A stretch of 63,818 nt of DNA, the filler included, from Rhabdomonas costata (Eukaryota): NCBI GenBank assembly GCA_019059605.1. It is 31 parts of 31 records of this genome, joined end to end, with 100 filler letters (N's around TTAATTAATTAA, not from the genome) between each part and the next. Parts side by side here need not be neighbours in the genome. Positions count along the whole stretch, not along the records: positions 37,125 to 39,086 come from JAHMHO010006949.1; positions 39,187 to 41,148 come from JAHMHO010006950.1; positions 41,249 to 43,211 come from JAHMHO010006951.1; positions 43,312 to 45,272 come from JAHMHO010006952.1; positions 45,373 to 47,333 come from JAHMHO010006953.1; positions 47,434 to 49,390 come from JAHMHO010006954.1; positions 49,491 to 51,451 come from JAHMHO010006955.1; 24 more parts are not named here. One strand, given 5' to 3'. Below are positions 37,474 through 51,440 of this stretch, one piece after another. Position numbers and translations under genes: made by a program. How positions within the stretch are numbered: position 1 is the first letter of the stretch; the number at the start of each line of letters is the position of its first letter. The notes beneath the pieces are model-generated. The model did not search any database, was not told the origin of the DNA, and saw only the letters and a list, made by a program, of their open reading frames with translations.

Positions 37474-39673
37474 CACGGCAGATGAAAGTGCAAAGAAAGC
37501 TCGCAGTTCAGGCGAACTGAGGGGGGAGTGAGAGGGAGCTGAGGTTTTTGTATTTTTGAATCCTTTGCAGAGAGAAAAGTGTTGAAAGAGCAGACCACAC
37601 AACAAAGGAAGAAAGAAAGGGGGGAACTGCAGAATAAGGGGAGGCTGACGCGGATGCCCTATGTGACCTTTCGACAATCTGAACCTTTTCTGCAGAGTGC
37701 AACCTTCTGTTCTCAAAAAAAATCTGTGATAATATCTCAAAAACTGTGCATGGTGTATGCAGTGCTTCAGATCATACCTATATTCCACTAATCAGGCCAC
37801 AACCTCAGGGTTGCCACACACATCCACGGAAATGAGATTAGGGAGTAGCCGTTGCACTCTGGACGGGAACCAAACATTAGGGAGGAAAAAATTGCTCACA
37901 GAGCTTCTCACATTTGACCAGCATTGCCGCTGCGGAACAACCTGGCCCCCAGCTCCCAGCTGGGCAAAACGGGCGCCTGCGGTATGTAAAGAGTGATGCC
38001 TTCCACGCCCTGGCCTTTTCGTTTATCTATTTCAAACCAATACATCTGCAGCTTCCCTGACACTATTATAATCCAGCACTTCGCAGGGACCATCGGATGT
38101 CAAAGAAGCCCCTCGAGGCATGACCGTACCTTTCTGCCTCTTTCCATCTTATTTCTTTGCGGCCTCTGCGGAATTAGAACGCTGTAAAGCACTGCTCCTG
38201 TTCCCCACACTGAGGAAGGAGTGCCTCACTATAGAGCAGAAGCCGATCTCCGAGAAATACAAAGAGAGAAAAACGAAGGAATAGCCGTTACCAAACGAAA
38301 GTGAAAGGGAGACCCATTCCCCTCCCTTTTTTCAGGTTCGGTGATATGTACACAAGCGTGTGTGTGTGTGTGTGTGGAGAATCGTGTGCGGGGTAAAGCA
38401 GAACACCAGCGCAGCAACAGCGAGGAAAAGGAAGGCTCAGGCCTTGCCCAAGAATGAATCTGGGGAGTCGCTCACTACCTCTCCAAACAATGCAACTCTC
38501 CACCCTCGAACTACGATAGACTTTCCAACGGTTCAGCATAGGCCATGGAACAGTAGGCACACTGTGAGGGGAAAGAACCAAAAACGCAACAATCACAAAC
38601 ACAACCACCGACAAAAAGCTGCCCCCGATTCGAATCGGTCACTGAAAGTTGGAAACCTGGATATGCCAGAAAAGGAATTTCCCCCTTAAACAGGTTATTG
38701 GGCCCTAAGACACTAGCATCAATGCTATATAATGTTGCACTGGAATCCAGGGACGAGTGCACCGTGCTGCCAGACAGCGGTGTCCCTGGGGTGCGTCCAA
38801 TCCGTGAACAGAGGGGGGATCCCCATAATGGGCCAACGCTTTTTCAAATGGTGCTCCCGTCAATCAGTGCGTGGAGAACAGCTTCACTGCTCAAAGGAAT
38901 CGTCTGCGCATCTCAGAGGTGAGGTGCTGAAGGGGGGGGGCTATGCTTCTGAACGCACCTGCCTTTAGTTGGGTTTCACTTTGACCTCAGCAGAGGTGAC
39001 GGATCAGCCGTGAGCCTGAGTGTGGTTGTGAGCCTTAATGACCATCCGGATCTCCCCGGAAGCGCTCAAGAACACCACCCCCACCCNNNNNNNNNNNNNN
39101 NNNNNNNNNNNNNNNNNNNNNNNNNNNNNNTTAATTAATTAANNNNNNNNNNNNNNNNNNNNNNNNNNNNNNNNNNNNNNNNNNNNACTCACACGTCACT
39201 ATGTCGCGCATATGAAAAGCGCGCCAACAGTATCACCATGATGAATGATGAACGTCCAGCGTGAGGGTCCTTCACATCAACAGCCAACACAAAAGAAAAA
39301 TGAGGCAGGCAAAAAGGAGGGGAATTGTCGATGTGCACGTGCAGGTAAAATATGGGTAAGAGAAGGAGACTGGTAGGGGATATATCACCAAAAGGCTGGG
39401 TCCTAGAGCTTGTAACAAGGGAGGCAATGCTGAAGGTGCACAAGAAGTTGGGTTTTGCATGACGTGACGGTTCATGAGGGATCATCAAAAGGTGAACATA
39501 AGGGTTCCTTCTCAGTATGCCGTGGTGTACGAGGGCGTGGTGTACGACAAAGAGCATGAGGACAGGAGAAGGTGGATACATTTCGAGGTGTCGAGTTTTC
39601 CGGATCCGACGATTCCAGATGCCGAGTGGAAGGCCACCAGCACACAAGCACCTGCATTCGTCGTGTGACAGAC

Positions 39674-40719
39674 CAGGCAAAGGCGAGCTGGTCCTCAAGG
39701 AGAGCGCGGTGAAGTTTCTCCTTCGCAGCGCCAGCTGCCTCCTGCCGAAGCTCGTTGACACGTTCCACCAGCCTATGGCGCACAGCCAATTGCGTTCCAA
39801 CCAAAACAATGCTAACACAGCATACCTGAACGGGGATGGTGCTTTCGACAATATTTTTGCATGTTATTTCAGCCCCGTTTGGGGAAAGCATGGGGGGACG
39901 ACAATGACTGACCCTCAGTTTTTGAGAGGGCAAAAAAAATGCCAAAAGGTGCGGTCAAAACCAGAGGACAAAAGAAGACCGGAACTTCAAATGACATCTT
40001 CGGACTATCCGTGCTCAATTGGATTGCGATTTAACTCACTGCGGGCGTTACCAGATCGTGATAGGGTAACCTTCAACTATACATGTTTACAAAGGCAAGC
40101 AACTTTTTCGGTCACGCAGGTGAATCCCATCATCGCCGGACAACAACGGAACACGCATTTTGTTGGGCAAGAGCGAGCTGTATGGCTTTGGTGACCTGTC
40201 CTCCTCAGACCGGGAGATGGTCAGCGCGTGGCTCAGCTGGGCTACCTTCGCCTCCACCCTGGACAGCTCCGCGGAGTGGGCCTCGTCCGCTCGCCGCGCT
40301 CTCTCTCGCTCCTCCTGCAAAGGAGGTATCCATGATGGGAAGCGAAGAGAAAGAATGTCACCAGGCTACTTTTCAGAATTGCATTCCAAAAATGATTCAA
40401 AGGGAAAGCTCGAAACAAAAGAACACAAAGAGGAATGCAAAGGGTGCTGAGATTCCCACCAGCATTGGTTGAGTGGGATTCTTGTTCTTCTTTTCTCCGG
40501 TTTTATGTATTGCTTCAACGCAGCTCCCAATTGCTCCGGACGACTCTGCCACAGCTAATGAGGAACTCGTTGCCAATCAGATTTTTGAGGGAGGTGGGGT
40601 TGGTCATACCACCAGGCTGCTTTGCATTTGTGCCAGCTTGCCATGCAGAACCTCGCACTCGGCAATTTTCTGTCCCAGGTCCTCCCGCAGCACCTCCAGC
40701 TCACCAGGGGAGGTCTTCT
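39674..40719 (-). CDS. Coiled-coil protein, internal exons (~40719-40610, ~40314-40196, ~39772-39674)
   Basis: ELEVLREDLGQKIAECEVLHGKLAQMQ / EERERARRADEAHSAELSRVEAKVAQL / LVERVNELRQEA, joined by phase-consistent GT-AG junctions. Confidence 0.55.
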
Positions 40720-41248
40720 CTGAGGAGCCACAGAAGTGCAAAAGAAAGCGAGAATTACAACGGCTCTCGAAGGGGCAGGGCTGCGCAGGTGCACCTGAAC
40801 ACCTGATGCACCTACAGATATTGAAAAGGACCGCGAGTAGTGACGTTGTGAGGGGGTTGTACGGGAAGGGGTGACTTCGGCGTCCGGAGACAGAAAATGT
40901 GACGCTTTGTTATTTTGCTGTGATGTACAGGTTTGTTCGATGATGTTCCCTTTTGTTCTTTCTTCTCGCTTTGCCCACACGCTTGTGAGAAGAGCAACCA
41001 GTACAGAAAAAGATAGCTGGCCAATGCGGGAATGAAAATTGTGCACATTGCGCCACCACCCGTGTATCCGGTATCCCCGTGCCTGTATCATGCATCGTGA
41101 TTTTGCCCCTCCCAAAGGTTCACGATATCCACAGCATGCCCCCACAAANNNNNNNNNNNNNNNNNNNNNNNNNNNNNNNNNNNNNNNNNNNNTTAATTAA
41201 TTAANNNNNNNNNNNNNNNNNNNNNNNNNNNNNNNNNNNNNNNNNNNN

Positions 41249-41396
41249 GGTTGTTTGTGACCACTCTGGACTGACTGGCGCACGCGCTGTTGGCCACGGG
41301 TGCTCGCGAGAGGTGCCGTTGGAGCGAACGGTGCCGTGGAACCGGAACCGGCTCACCGCCGAACGTTCCACACATGGTAACCTCCCTTCTGCCCCA
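41249..41396 (-). repeat. Dispersed repeat family, copy 4 (reverse orientation)
   Basis: Reverse complement matches the core of copies 1 and 2. Confidence 0.88.
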
Positions 41397-44125
41397 CGTT
41401 TGTACTCGCATTGCCGCCGCTTCGGTGGCAAACACTCTTCCGTTCAGGGCGAGACTGATTGCTATGATGTCGGTCTTCAGCTGCACCACGGCCGCACAGG
41501 GGCGTCTCTTGTGGCTTGGAATTTCGCTCGAGATACTCCTCCTGGTTCAATTATGTATGTGTGCGCCAATGGATTGTGAGTGATGAAGCCTGCCCGTTCC
41601 CTGTAGTTGATGCGCATTCCTTCTTTCTCAATTGCTTTGAGCGAGGAGCCATTCTTAGGCTGACCAAGCCGACCTTCACCTTCACCCCGATAAAGCGCCA
41701 ACTTCAGCCTTTTTGCAGGCTTTTGGGGCCGTCGCAACCGCGAATGGATCACGATGCCAGTCAGGAAAAACGCAAAGCTGAGCCAGAGGAAGCCCCCGGA
41801 CGAGCAGGCCCTGAGGCTGATGCCGCCGCCCAGTGCCCCAATTCTTCCGTTCCTGTGGGGATCAATGACACTTCCATTGAAGCACCATCCGTAACGCCTT
41901 GTGCATGTTGCAGTTAGGCGACGTCGTCCGCCAGATCTAATCGTGGAAGCAATAAGAAGAAGCCCTTTCCTGACCGATGGCCCACAGCAATGACAAAGCA
42001 GAAAAAGCGGTGACAACAGCACGAGCTGCTCCACGCCAAAAGGAGCGGAGCGCTCCGCAGTCTGATGCGAGCGTCTCCTCAGCGAAGAATCGCATGGGGA
42101 AAATTTCCGCAGCGCAGCCGCGCAGCGTTCGCTTGGCTCTCCCAAGTCACGTGCACGAATTTTCCTGCTGTTCCGACCGCTCAGCGAGAAAAAGAGTACC
42201 CTGTTGTGTGAGCGGCAGATGCACCTGTTGCACATTCCTGGCAACATCTCCAGGGCATCTGCATGTCGGCCTAATGCAATTCTCGGAGAGGGAGCAATAC
42301 GCAATGTTTTTGCACTCCCACCACATCGACGACGGCGACGATTTTCTTTGAGTAACGACCGGTACACGCCTCCAAGCCAGAGAACGCCTAAACGGCAGCG
42401 TGGGGGTCCTGGGGGGATCACCTTATAGCAGCCCCAGTGCCGGCCCCTTTAGCAGGTGAGGAAACAACACCCTAACGAGGCATGGTGTTCAAAGGCAAAC
42501 GAGGCGAAAAGCCGTGCAGTTACCAAGGAGCCATGGAAAGGGGCTACAGAAGAATGCCCCGTGTTTGTGAGAGAGAGATAGACCTTTCTCAGTCATCATC
42601 TTTAGTATTAAGTCTCGCGACTGCTCGAAACTCCGTCATCTCCAGGCAACTTATGTCCCCAACCAGGCACCTGCTGGCCAGCTGGTTGGGGTGGGGCCAG
42701 AGTTGCCTTCATCCTAACGCCTAATCGAGACCAGCCGATCTCGGTGCCTGACAGTATCCGTACCAGTGTTCTCCCTTCACACTCAGCTCAGTGTGTGCCG
42801 GCTTTCTGGTGGTGACAAAACGATATATGGGAATTGTTTCTCTCTTTTGGCTGTTAAAAATAAACAGGAAATGTGACCCATTGGTCAGATCCAGCTCTGA
42901 GGGGTCTCAACCCAAACATCAACGCCACTGACCCCATCACGGTGATTGTTCCCCAGGTAATGTATGCAGTTTGGCGGCTATTTTTCCTCAAATGCATGAA
43001 AAGCATGCCTCTTGAAATGCGGACCTTAACGTTAACGTTTGGTTTTTTTTGTGCCTCTTTCGTCACCTTTTCAGACAGACCTGAGACGTTGCCAAGAAAC
43101 GACGACAAAGTCGACAGACCCTAATTTTGAGGGCTTCGTTTGCACAGGGGATGCAATTGTTGGTCTTTCAAGATGACTCAGGGGAAAGGATGGGGGCACC
43201 ACCCCCCCACCNNNNNNNNNNNNNNNNNNNNNNNNNNNNNNNNNNNNNNNNNNNNTTAATTAATTAANNNNNNNNNNNNNNNNNNNNNNNNNNNNNNNNN
43301 NNNNNNNNNNNAACATAAATGGAATTTATGCATTCATGTCAATGTTATAAAGCTCCCCTTCTTCCTTCTCATTTGCTCTAAGTTTGTTCTCTCAGTGTAG
43401 AGCCCCACTGTCGAGACAAAATTCGAAAAAGAAAAAAAACCAGAAAATCAAAGCAGGCCGGCCAGGGGTGAAACTACCGCCGGGACCCTCTCCTGCATCT
43501 CCAACGCGTAAAATCACAAAAAAAAACACTCGATTTGATATTCAACAAATACACTTGTAAACCGGAAACCACCATTTACCCAAATAAGGTAAAATATCCA
43601 CATGTTTAATTCTATGTAAAAAAGAAAGAGGAGACAGAAAAAAGGGTAAAATTTCATGCCTTTTTTTATATGTTTTTTGTTTTACAAGTGCTTCCCAAGT
43701 GCCCCCAAGTGAAGAAAGGCTGTCCATATACTCACCCATGTGTCCACCCAGACCTCATGCTGTGCACACACAGACACACTCCAGCAACAAACTCTACAAG
43801 CATACAGGAATCTTCCAATTTTTATGATGCTCTCATTTCCCGAATTTTCCCATTCATCATTCATGTGAAAAACGCAGGCAATTACAAGCAAAACAGGCAA
43901 AAACAAAGCAAAACAAAAATGGAGGAAACGCTGGGAGGACTCCGTTTCTTCCTTTTGCAAGTCCAATTCTTGTTCGTTCCTTCGTTTTTGAAATACGGAT
44001 ATTTCACTCGAAGTCACCTCTGCACCCAACATTTCCCGTCCCGGAAGAGTCAGAATAACGCAAAGGAAAGGGCAGCCCGGCTCTGTGAGTTCCCTCAGCT
44101 GTGTGTTCCACAGGCACACACACAC

Positions 44126-45180
44126 CAGGGACTTCGTGCTGTTGGTGCTGCCTGGGCGCCTCTCCTGCGGTGCGCTGCTTCCGGGCGTGGGGGGCTTGTG
44201 GGAGGGCCCCGCACATGTCTCTGCGGCGACGAAGGGCGGCGGCAGGGGGGCGCCTACCCCTCCCCCAGCCGTGGAGCGCCGGCCCGAGACCGCACTTCCG
44301 GGAGGGGTCACCCTCGATGCGGGCGTGGAGGCTGCGAAGAAGAAAGCAATAGCAGAATGACCGCTGGGGCTGATAAGGCCAGTTTGTCTCCTTTCAAGCA
44401 CAGCCGTCGGGCGAAAAAGCAAACATTCAACAGCTCTGGAGGCATGGGAAAGGGACCTTAACATAAGAGAACATGATCGATGTCAAACTTTCCGAAGTAG
44501 CGAATAATGTTTTCCGAAAAATGCAACTTCCCTTGAAAGAGAGGCAAGGGAGGATGAGACCTCTGATTGAGTCCGACGAAAGCTGTCGGTCCACTGCGGC
44601 GAGGAACACTTCCAGTTCCACGGCCCCCCTTCTCTCTGTGTCAATTTCGTTGAACAGCTCATTGAGAAGCTCCTCGGAAGCTTCCATGTCTGGATGGGGG
44701 AGGGATAGCCAGCGCAACATTCAACAAGAATGTACCAATGCCCAGTAAACAACGCGCATACCGAGGTAGTAGAGCACCTCGCCCAGGTCATCTTTTGTGA
44801 GGAGACCTCGCCCTGAAAATGTGGTGAAGAAAACCATCCTGTCTGAAACCTCAACCACCGAGTCTTAGTGGGTCGTCCCGGCTGCAAACCTTTGCGTGGG
44901 CGAACGCTATTGTAGGCGTGACGAAACTCAGAGATAAAGTCCCCCATGTCCTGAAACTAAACGCAAAAATCAGTTGGAGGGCCGTACATGGTTTCCGCCG
45001 GGCTGCATCGAGCCAAAACAAACCTGAGAGTTCACGCTGGACAGTGTGCTAGCAGGGGAGAAGGGCTGAGCTTCGGATGACTGAACAGCGGCTGCCAAAG
45101 CTGCGGAATTTCGGCAGCTGCACTGCTCGCACGCAGCGTTAAAATTCTGCCCATACAACCGTCGTTGATCCCGTAAGTAC
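44126..45180 (-). CDS. Protein with a degenerate calmodulin/centrin-like EF-hand pair, partial; exons 45180-45024, 44950-44890, 44812-44762, 44689-44561, 44331-44126
   Basis: Spliced EFRHAYNSVRPRKGRGLLTKDDLGEVLYYLDMEASEELLNELFNEIDTERRGAVELEVFL parallels a calmodulin lobe. All junctions are GT-AG and in phase. Confidence 0.75.
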
Positions 45181-47524
45181 CTGAGAAAGAGAAACATTGC
45201 ATGCCTGCAATGAAAAAGGGATGAAGAGATCGCTTGGGGCACGTCTGGGAACAACCGGGCATCCCAAACAAANNNNNNNNNNNNNNNNNNNNNNNNNNNN
45301 NNNNNNNNNNNNNNNNTTAATTAATTAANNNNNNNNNNNNNNNNNNNNNNNNNNNNNNNNNNNNNNNNNNNNTTGTGTGGGGGAATTTCCCTTCCATCCG
45401 GCCTCCCTCCCGTGGACTGGCTCTCTTTTCACCCGGGGTATTCCCCCACTGTCACTCTATCGGCCATCCGTCTCTCACCTGGCCCTACTCTGCTATGATC
45501 TCTCGCCAAGCTGTGTATAGGTAGCCTGACCGAGCGTTTGGTCAGGAGCTGGCGCACGAGAGGCTGAGATCCTCTCCGCTCACCATGTCGGCTCTCTGGA
45601 ATCTCTATGAAACCTCTGGAAACTAGTCTCTGGAAACACCTTGATGTCCTGGCTGTCTTTTTCTGGAATGAGGAACACCTTGGTGACCTGGACAGTTACA
45701 CAGACATGAAGACGAATGACGTCAGTCGGCGTTGAACTTGCAGAGCTCCGATAGATGGAAGGTCATCAAATGCGTACAAATGTCTCATCAATGAAAGCTA
45801 ACGTTCTACCCTCACAGCTCTCTTTATGCACTGCAAGTTCTGCATACCACATGCCATCAGACAACGGTTACCCAGCATTCATACCCGATTTCTTTGTGAG
45901 TTTGCCTCAACTACCCTATAATAAAACTGTTTCTGGGCTCATTTCCTTGTATTCATCAAAAATTACGCTCACATTATTGAGGCGAGATATTTTTCAACAC
46001 TGCGTTAACAACAATGTGTCCTCCATTCAATCCGTAGATGGATCATATTGTCTTTCGATGGATTGTGGCCAATATGCAGCGGGCTAGCGATTATAGATGC
46101 TCACCTTTGTCATATGCAAAAGATTACTGCATGATTAAAAACTAGAGCCGTTGAAAAAATTACTGCGGATTAACTCAGTGCATTGTGCTCTATTGCCCAT
46201 AAAACGCGAAAATAACAACAAATAAACCGCCTTTAAACACACATCACGCAAGAGCACAAATACAAGTGCGTTTTTTTTGCATTACTTTAGTTGCACTTAC
46301 TTACAAATCATATCGGAGTTTCTTCCATGGAGTGCTTGAACTTCAAATAGATTCTATTTCTAATGATTTGCAATCACATTTACAATTTTCGCACTAAAAC
46401 GTTTCCAGATCTGAAAACTGTAATCACACATTGTGCGAAACTTCATTGCTTTTATGCACTTGTAATGGGTGTCTTGAAATCAAAAAACTTCTCTAGTACA
46501 TTAGAATAAGGCTTTACTAATCACATGGTGTAGCGTGCGGCAATTACCGTGACACTAAAAAGGCTTCAGAATGGCACTTTTGTTGTTCATTAAAATTTTC
46601 AAAAGGCGCATTTGAAATCTTGCCATTGGCTACACTATTTCCCAAATTAATTGGCACCAATAAATAAAAAAGTGTATCGGAAATCTTTTCCGTACAAACG
46701 AAACTTTTTTGTTTGATATTGATTTTGTATGCTGATGAAATCCTGACAAAACACTGATGATATCTGATGCCATCGAGTGGACGTGTTCCAACGCCACTAC
46801 CAATGGCTAGAAACAGTGTCGCTCGCGGGCAGTAGCTCCTGACTGTAAGTTTTTACGATGTCGCGTCTGAACTTGGTGTTTACAAATACGCAACCTGAAG
46901 GTGGTGTGTTCAGGTTTATCACTCTCTTGTACAACACTCTCTTGCTCCAGGAACCTTCGCCATGGATTCCATTTGGTCTTGCGCTAGGTGATTAACAGGC
47001 TGGACATGAGACGGCCTACAGTTTCAATGCCTGTATGGCATACCAGTTGTCTAACACCTGGAGGCTTGCATAATTTACCTATCGGCTGATGGGCACATGT
47101 GGACAAAATGTGGTGGCTCAGCCTACTCTTCCATTCTCCATGCTAGCCAAAAGCAAAAGTAACAAAGCACAAAACAGGACCGCCGCACCAACACATAGTG
47201 CAGCACAGGTGTCCGGCACCACAGCAATTCTTCACACCGCCCTCTTGTTCTCACAAATAGTTCCTACGTTCCTCGATGGAACAAAAAACAACACACTAAA
47301 AGTGAAAATAGTTACATTCGAATAACCACACAANNNNNNNNNNNNNNNNNNNNNNNNNNNNNNNNNNNNNNNNNNNNTTAATTAATTAANNNNNNNNNNN
47401 NNNNNNNNNNNNNNNNNNNNNNNNNNNNNNNNNGGTTTGTGTGTTGAGAAATCGAGAAATGTTTCTGCCTTTGGGTCTTGTAAAGGTAACGTAGCGTGTC
47501 AGTGTGAGTGAGTGAGTGTGGGGT

Positions 47525-47630
47525 AACAGGCACTAGTGGTAACCGGGCATTAGTGGTTACGTTCGCACGCAACCAAGCACCAGTGATTACGTTCCAACGA
47601 AACCACGCACCAGTGGTTACGTTTCAAAGT
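47525..47630. repeat. Degenerate 30-bp tandem repeat (3 copies plus a partial)
   Basis: aacc..gca(c/t)(c/t)agtg(g/a)ttacgtt at 47541, 47571 and 47601. Confidence 0.8.
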
Positions 47631-48108
47631 GACAGGTAAAATAATCGAACATTAAATACCTAGGAACTGGGGCCGGATATTCTGGAATCACGCGCTTCTA
47701 AAGAAATGCCAGGGAACACAAGCTTCACCACCTAACCCCTGCTGAAGCAAAAGGTAGGTGAACCTGGGCAGCAGTGGTACCGGGGTACCACTGGTTCAGG
47801 GTACTCCCACCCATCCAAGCCACACTACATTACAAGAGTCGTGCAGTTCAAATTGTTCTGAGTTCTAATTGGTGGTGGGTACGTTGCCTCGGGGGTAGAT
47901 TTCGGTGCGACTTGGCGAGGCACGTCAAAGCGAAGCCTGCACACTGATGTCTAGAGGGGGGGCCCATCGGATTAGTTTCGTTCCCTCACCGTTTAACGCC
48001 CTTATACCGCTGAACGTTGAGCGGCACCCCCCCCACATCTTGGGACGTGCATTGCCCCCTCGGAAACAAGCACAATGCTCCCACCCTCCAGCGCCAACGA
48101 TCTTGAGA

Positions 48109-48163
48109 CGCTCCGCTGCGCTCCGTTGCGCTCCGTTGCGCTCCGCTGCGCTCCGTTGCGCTC
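48109..48163. repeat. (CGCTCCGYTG)n 10-bp minisatellite
   Basis: Seen directly. Confidence 0.9.
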
Positions 48164-48584
48164 GGCAGCCCATGACATGCTAAAACTTCAAATAAGGTTT
48201 CATTCGAGCGATACACAGCCCGTACGTCATGCCAGGATGCCGCCTCGGAACCAAGGGAGATGGCTCTGTCAGTTGGCTAGGGTGGAGGGTGCAGGTTCGT
48301 TAGAGATTTTTCTGGAGCAAAAGGGAAGGAAAAGGTATTTCAGGGAGGGGGAGACAGAACTCAGACGACAGGTACAATGTTCTGGAGAACGTTGCACATA
48401 AAAGCTGTAAGCGATTCAGTAATCGGGGGCTTCAAGGACTAGAGGAGGATAGCACATGTCTAACACCGAGGAAAGAAGACAGCACCAGCCTAAGCTTCCA
48501 AGAGAGTCAGCAGTAGTTGCGGTAAACAAATAAACCGAAAAACCTTTCCGCTTTCCGAAATTGACCTACACAGCAGACGAGCAC

Positions 48585-48784
48585 CATACTTGCGGTACTC
48601 CTTCAATGCTGCCGCCAGCCCGTTGAACGCCAACATCAACGTCGCCACCTCACTCAGCGCAGAGAGCCGGATGAAGGGCTTGACCTGCTCTAGGTCCAGC
48701 TCCCGCAGCAAGGCCAGCTGCCCAATAATCCGAAGCAACGGCGACGTTGACAACCTCACCAGCAGAAGCACAATCAGGCACAGC
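48585..48784 (-). CDS. Receptor-type adenylate cyclase, TM + HAMP exon
   Basis: Hydrophobic stretch, then STSPLLRIIGQLALL...SALSEVATLMLAFNGLAAALKEYRKY (HAMP leading into the cyclase linker). Parallels 53994-55029. Confidence 0.7.
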
Positions 48785-49783
48785 CTGTTCATAGAGGAAA
48801 GGACTCCGAGACTCACCACTGCACAAGGACGCAAACTCACGCCAGAACAGCGCACAATTTGGTACCCCGTGCCCGCAAAACGGTTGTGGGGATGCCAGCA
48901 ACCAGGCAGCACGCGTTGCTTAGCGGCCTTCTTTTTTGTTACCTAACTTTTCAGCACATGACACAGCGCAGAGCGCACAGAAGCACCAGTTCAGTCCAGC
49001 TAAGTCAGCAACCGACGCAGCACAGTCTTTGGCTCGCAGCTGCAACAGCCAAGCTCACAGTCAAAAACACAAACAGTCAGCACTCACAACTGCCCAACTT
49101 CCCAAGGATTGCTGCCTTTCCGTTTCCAACTCTTTCCGTTTCGTCTGCGGCAGCGCTGTGCTGTCCACGGCCAAATCACAAACCCACTTCCCCGTTTTGT
49201 TTATCTTCACCCACATCCCCAACTGTTTTTCCATATGTCCACCCTCCTTGAATGCGACCATCTCCCTTCCAACCTCCCTGTGAGCAGGCAACGACTGTTT
49301 CGACCAAACCAATGCGATATCTCTTTGACGCAGCGCGAATCTTTCCTAACACTTCCATTGACTTGGTTACACCCCCACACTCCACCCCCCNNNNNNNNNN
49401 NNNNNNNNNNNNNNNNNNNNNNNNNNNNNNNNNNTTAATTAATTAANNNNNNNNNNNNNNNNNNNNNNNNNNNNNNNNNNNNNNNNNNNNTTGTGTTGGT
49501 AAAGGGGCCCCTGAGTTTTCCTGCTTCAACCCTCAGTTCAATAAATAACGACTGAGCGGTTGAGTGTTTGGGATCTTGTATAAGTGCATTTTTTGGATTG
49601 ATTGCCAGGTGTGTGTGGGGGGGGGAACCCCAGCCTCAGCCCAGTTTAGGCCATTGACTTTGACCCAAGTTCATGCCACATAGAGAAAGTGACAAGGAAG
49701 GAAGGAAGGATAGCTTAGGAACGGTTTCTTCTTCTTCTTCCTGTTATTCTCCATTTGCTCCTTTTTTGGGGGGGAAATTACAG

Positions 49784-51440
49784 CACAATTACTTGACCCT
49801 TGCGGCTCTGGAGCGAGAAGCCCGTCAGACCGTTCGCGCCGCAGAGGCCGACCGAAGGCGGGAGATTGCCATGCATCGGCTACACACCGCCCAGCTCCTG
49901 GACTTAACCCACCTCGAGCACTCCACTCGGCTGGCCCTCCAACAAACACAGCGCCAGGCACTTCAGCTTCTGCAAAGCGAGCGTTCCGCGGACGAGGACA
50001 GGATCCTCTCCGATGCTGCCGAGCAGCTCGGACTCACCGCGATGGAAGAGACCTGCAGGTCCACCCTAAGCGAGCAGGAGTGGGGGCTCCGACAGCTGAT
50101 GCTGTCCGAGTTTTGGAAGCAGCAGGCGGCCTTGGTGAGCTCGGTGGTGGTGCGGGACGCCTTGCAGAGCTTGCAACTCACCGAAGAGACATGGAGGCAG
50201 GCCTTGGGGCGCGAGGAGGAGCATGCCTGGCTCTGTCTAACCGAGAAGTGCCGAAGCTCCGCCGCCGAGGCCTCCTCGAAGATGTTGGCCAGGCTGAGTC
50301 AGGAGGGTGCGTTTGCATGTTTGTGTGCCTGAGCATTATTTTGTCGTCATCCTTGCTCAGGGGAGAAGGATGAAACTGTGGATCTTGCTCATCGATTTGG
50401 GATGCATCTGCAAAAACCGAGTGGGGAGTGTGAGTGTTTTCTATGAAAAGCTCAGGTGTTTGTAAGCTTACGTTTTCCCCAGGTTCTCGATTGCAGGACT
50501 TTGTTTGCCCCTTGCCTTGTACACTCACTGTAACGAGTCTGGGGAAAGGTGTGATTGCAAGGAAAGGGGTCGAGAAGTGTCCGCATTTAACAGGTCCCCC
50601 CCTTTTCTGAATTTGACGACTTAATTATTTTTCAGCCAGGAGGCGCTTCCAGAACGCTGCAGGGGTGCAGCGCCACGCAAGAGCCTTCCTGTCCAGGGAG
50701 TTGCGAGAGGAGCTGCGGGCGTGCCGCGAGGCTGCGGTGGCGATACAACGGATCTGGAGGGGCTACGCGGTTTGTGGAACTTTTTCCCCCTCCTCCGATC
50801 GATGCACTTGGTTTTTTGGCATCGCGTGGCTCGGGTAAACTCCTGGCGATTCTACTGCGAGCATCCAGCTGTTCAAATTGAATCGAATGTGATCTGCACT
50901 TTTTGGGGCCAGCAAGAGATTTTTTGTAGAAGCCTTGACTCCTATTGTGCGGTTTTTATCCGGGAGAGAAGCAACGTCAAGCAGACGAAGAGATGAAATG
51001 CTCATGTGCTGCTTTGGAATGACAACCCCTATCAGTCATTGGCTGCCTGAGTTATACTTGGCACCATGAAGTCATGAAACCACTTGGTCGACATGGAAGC
51101 CTTCGGAAACCTCGCCTGAAGTACGTAGAATCAAGAAAAAGAGATTCTCTTGGGGCCAACGGGGGGTGCCGGTATTTTTGCCCCGGTTCGCTCGGGAAAA
51201 GCAGTTCATTAAAGAAAGAAAAGAAAAAGAGGATATCTGTTTCTTTAACACTTTGTTTTTGTTGGGCACGCGGTGGGCCCCCAGGTTCGGCAGCGGGATG
51301 TCCTGAACCATCTCCGGCAATCCCGTGCTGCCGTGGTAGTTCAGCGATTTGCCCGGGGCTGCCGCGCCTGTCTCGCGGTGCTGCACGCCCGGTCCCTCCT
51401 GGAGCTCCGCCTCTCCGCCCTGGCCGCGATGATGCAGCCC
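49784..51440 (+). CDS. Coiled-coil protein with IQ (calmodulin-binding) motifs, partial; exons 49784-50306, 50636-50769, 51285-~51440
   Basis: IQ motifs VQRHARAFLSR, IQRIWRGYA|VR (spanning a junction) and VQRFARGCRA. Confidence 0.75.

Noticed and set aside
46730-46780. Box C/D snoRNA (TGATGA..CTGA twice) in an AT-rich contig
   Set aside because: The spacing is too short to hold guide sequences.
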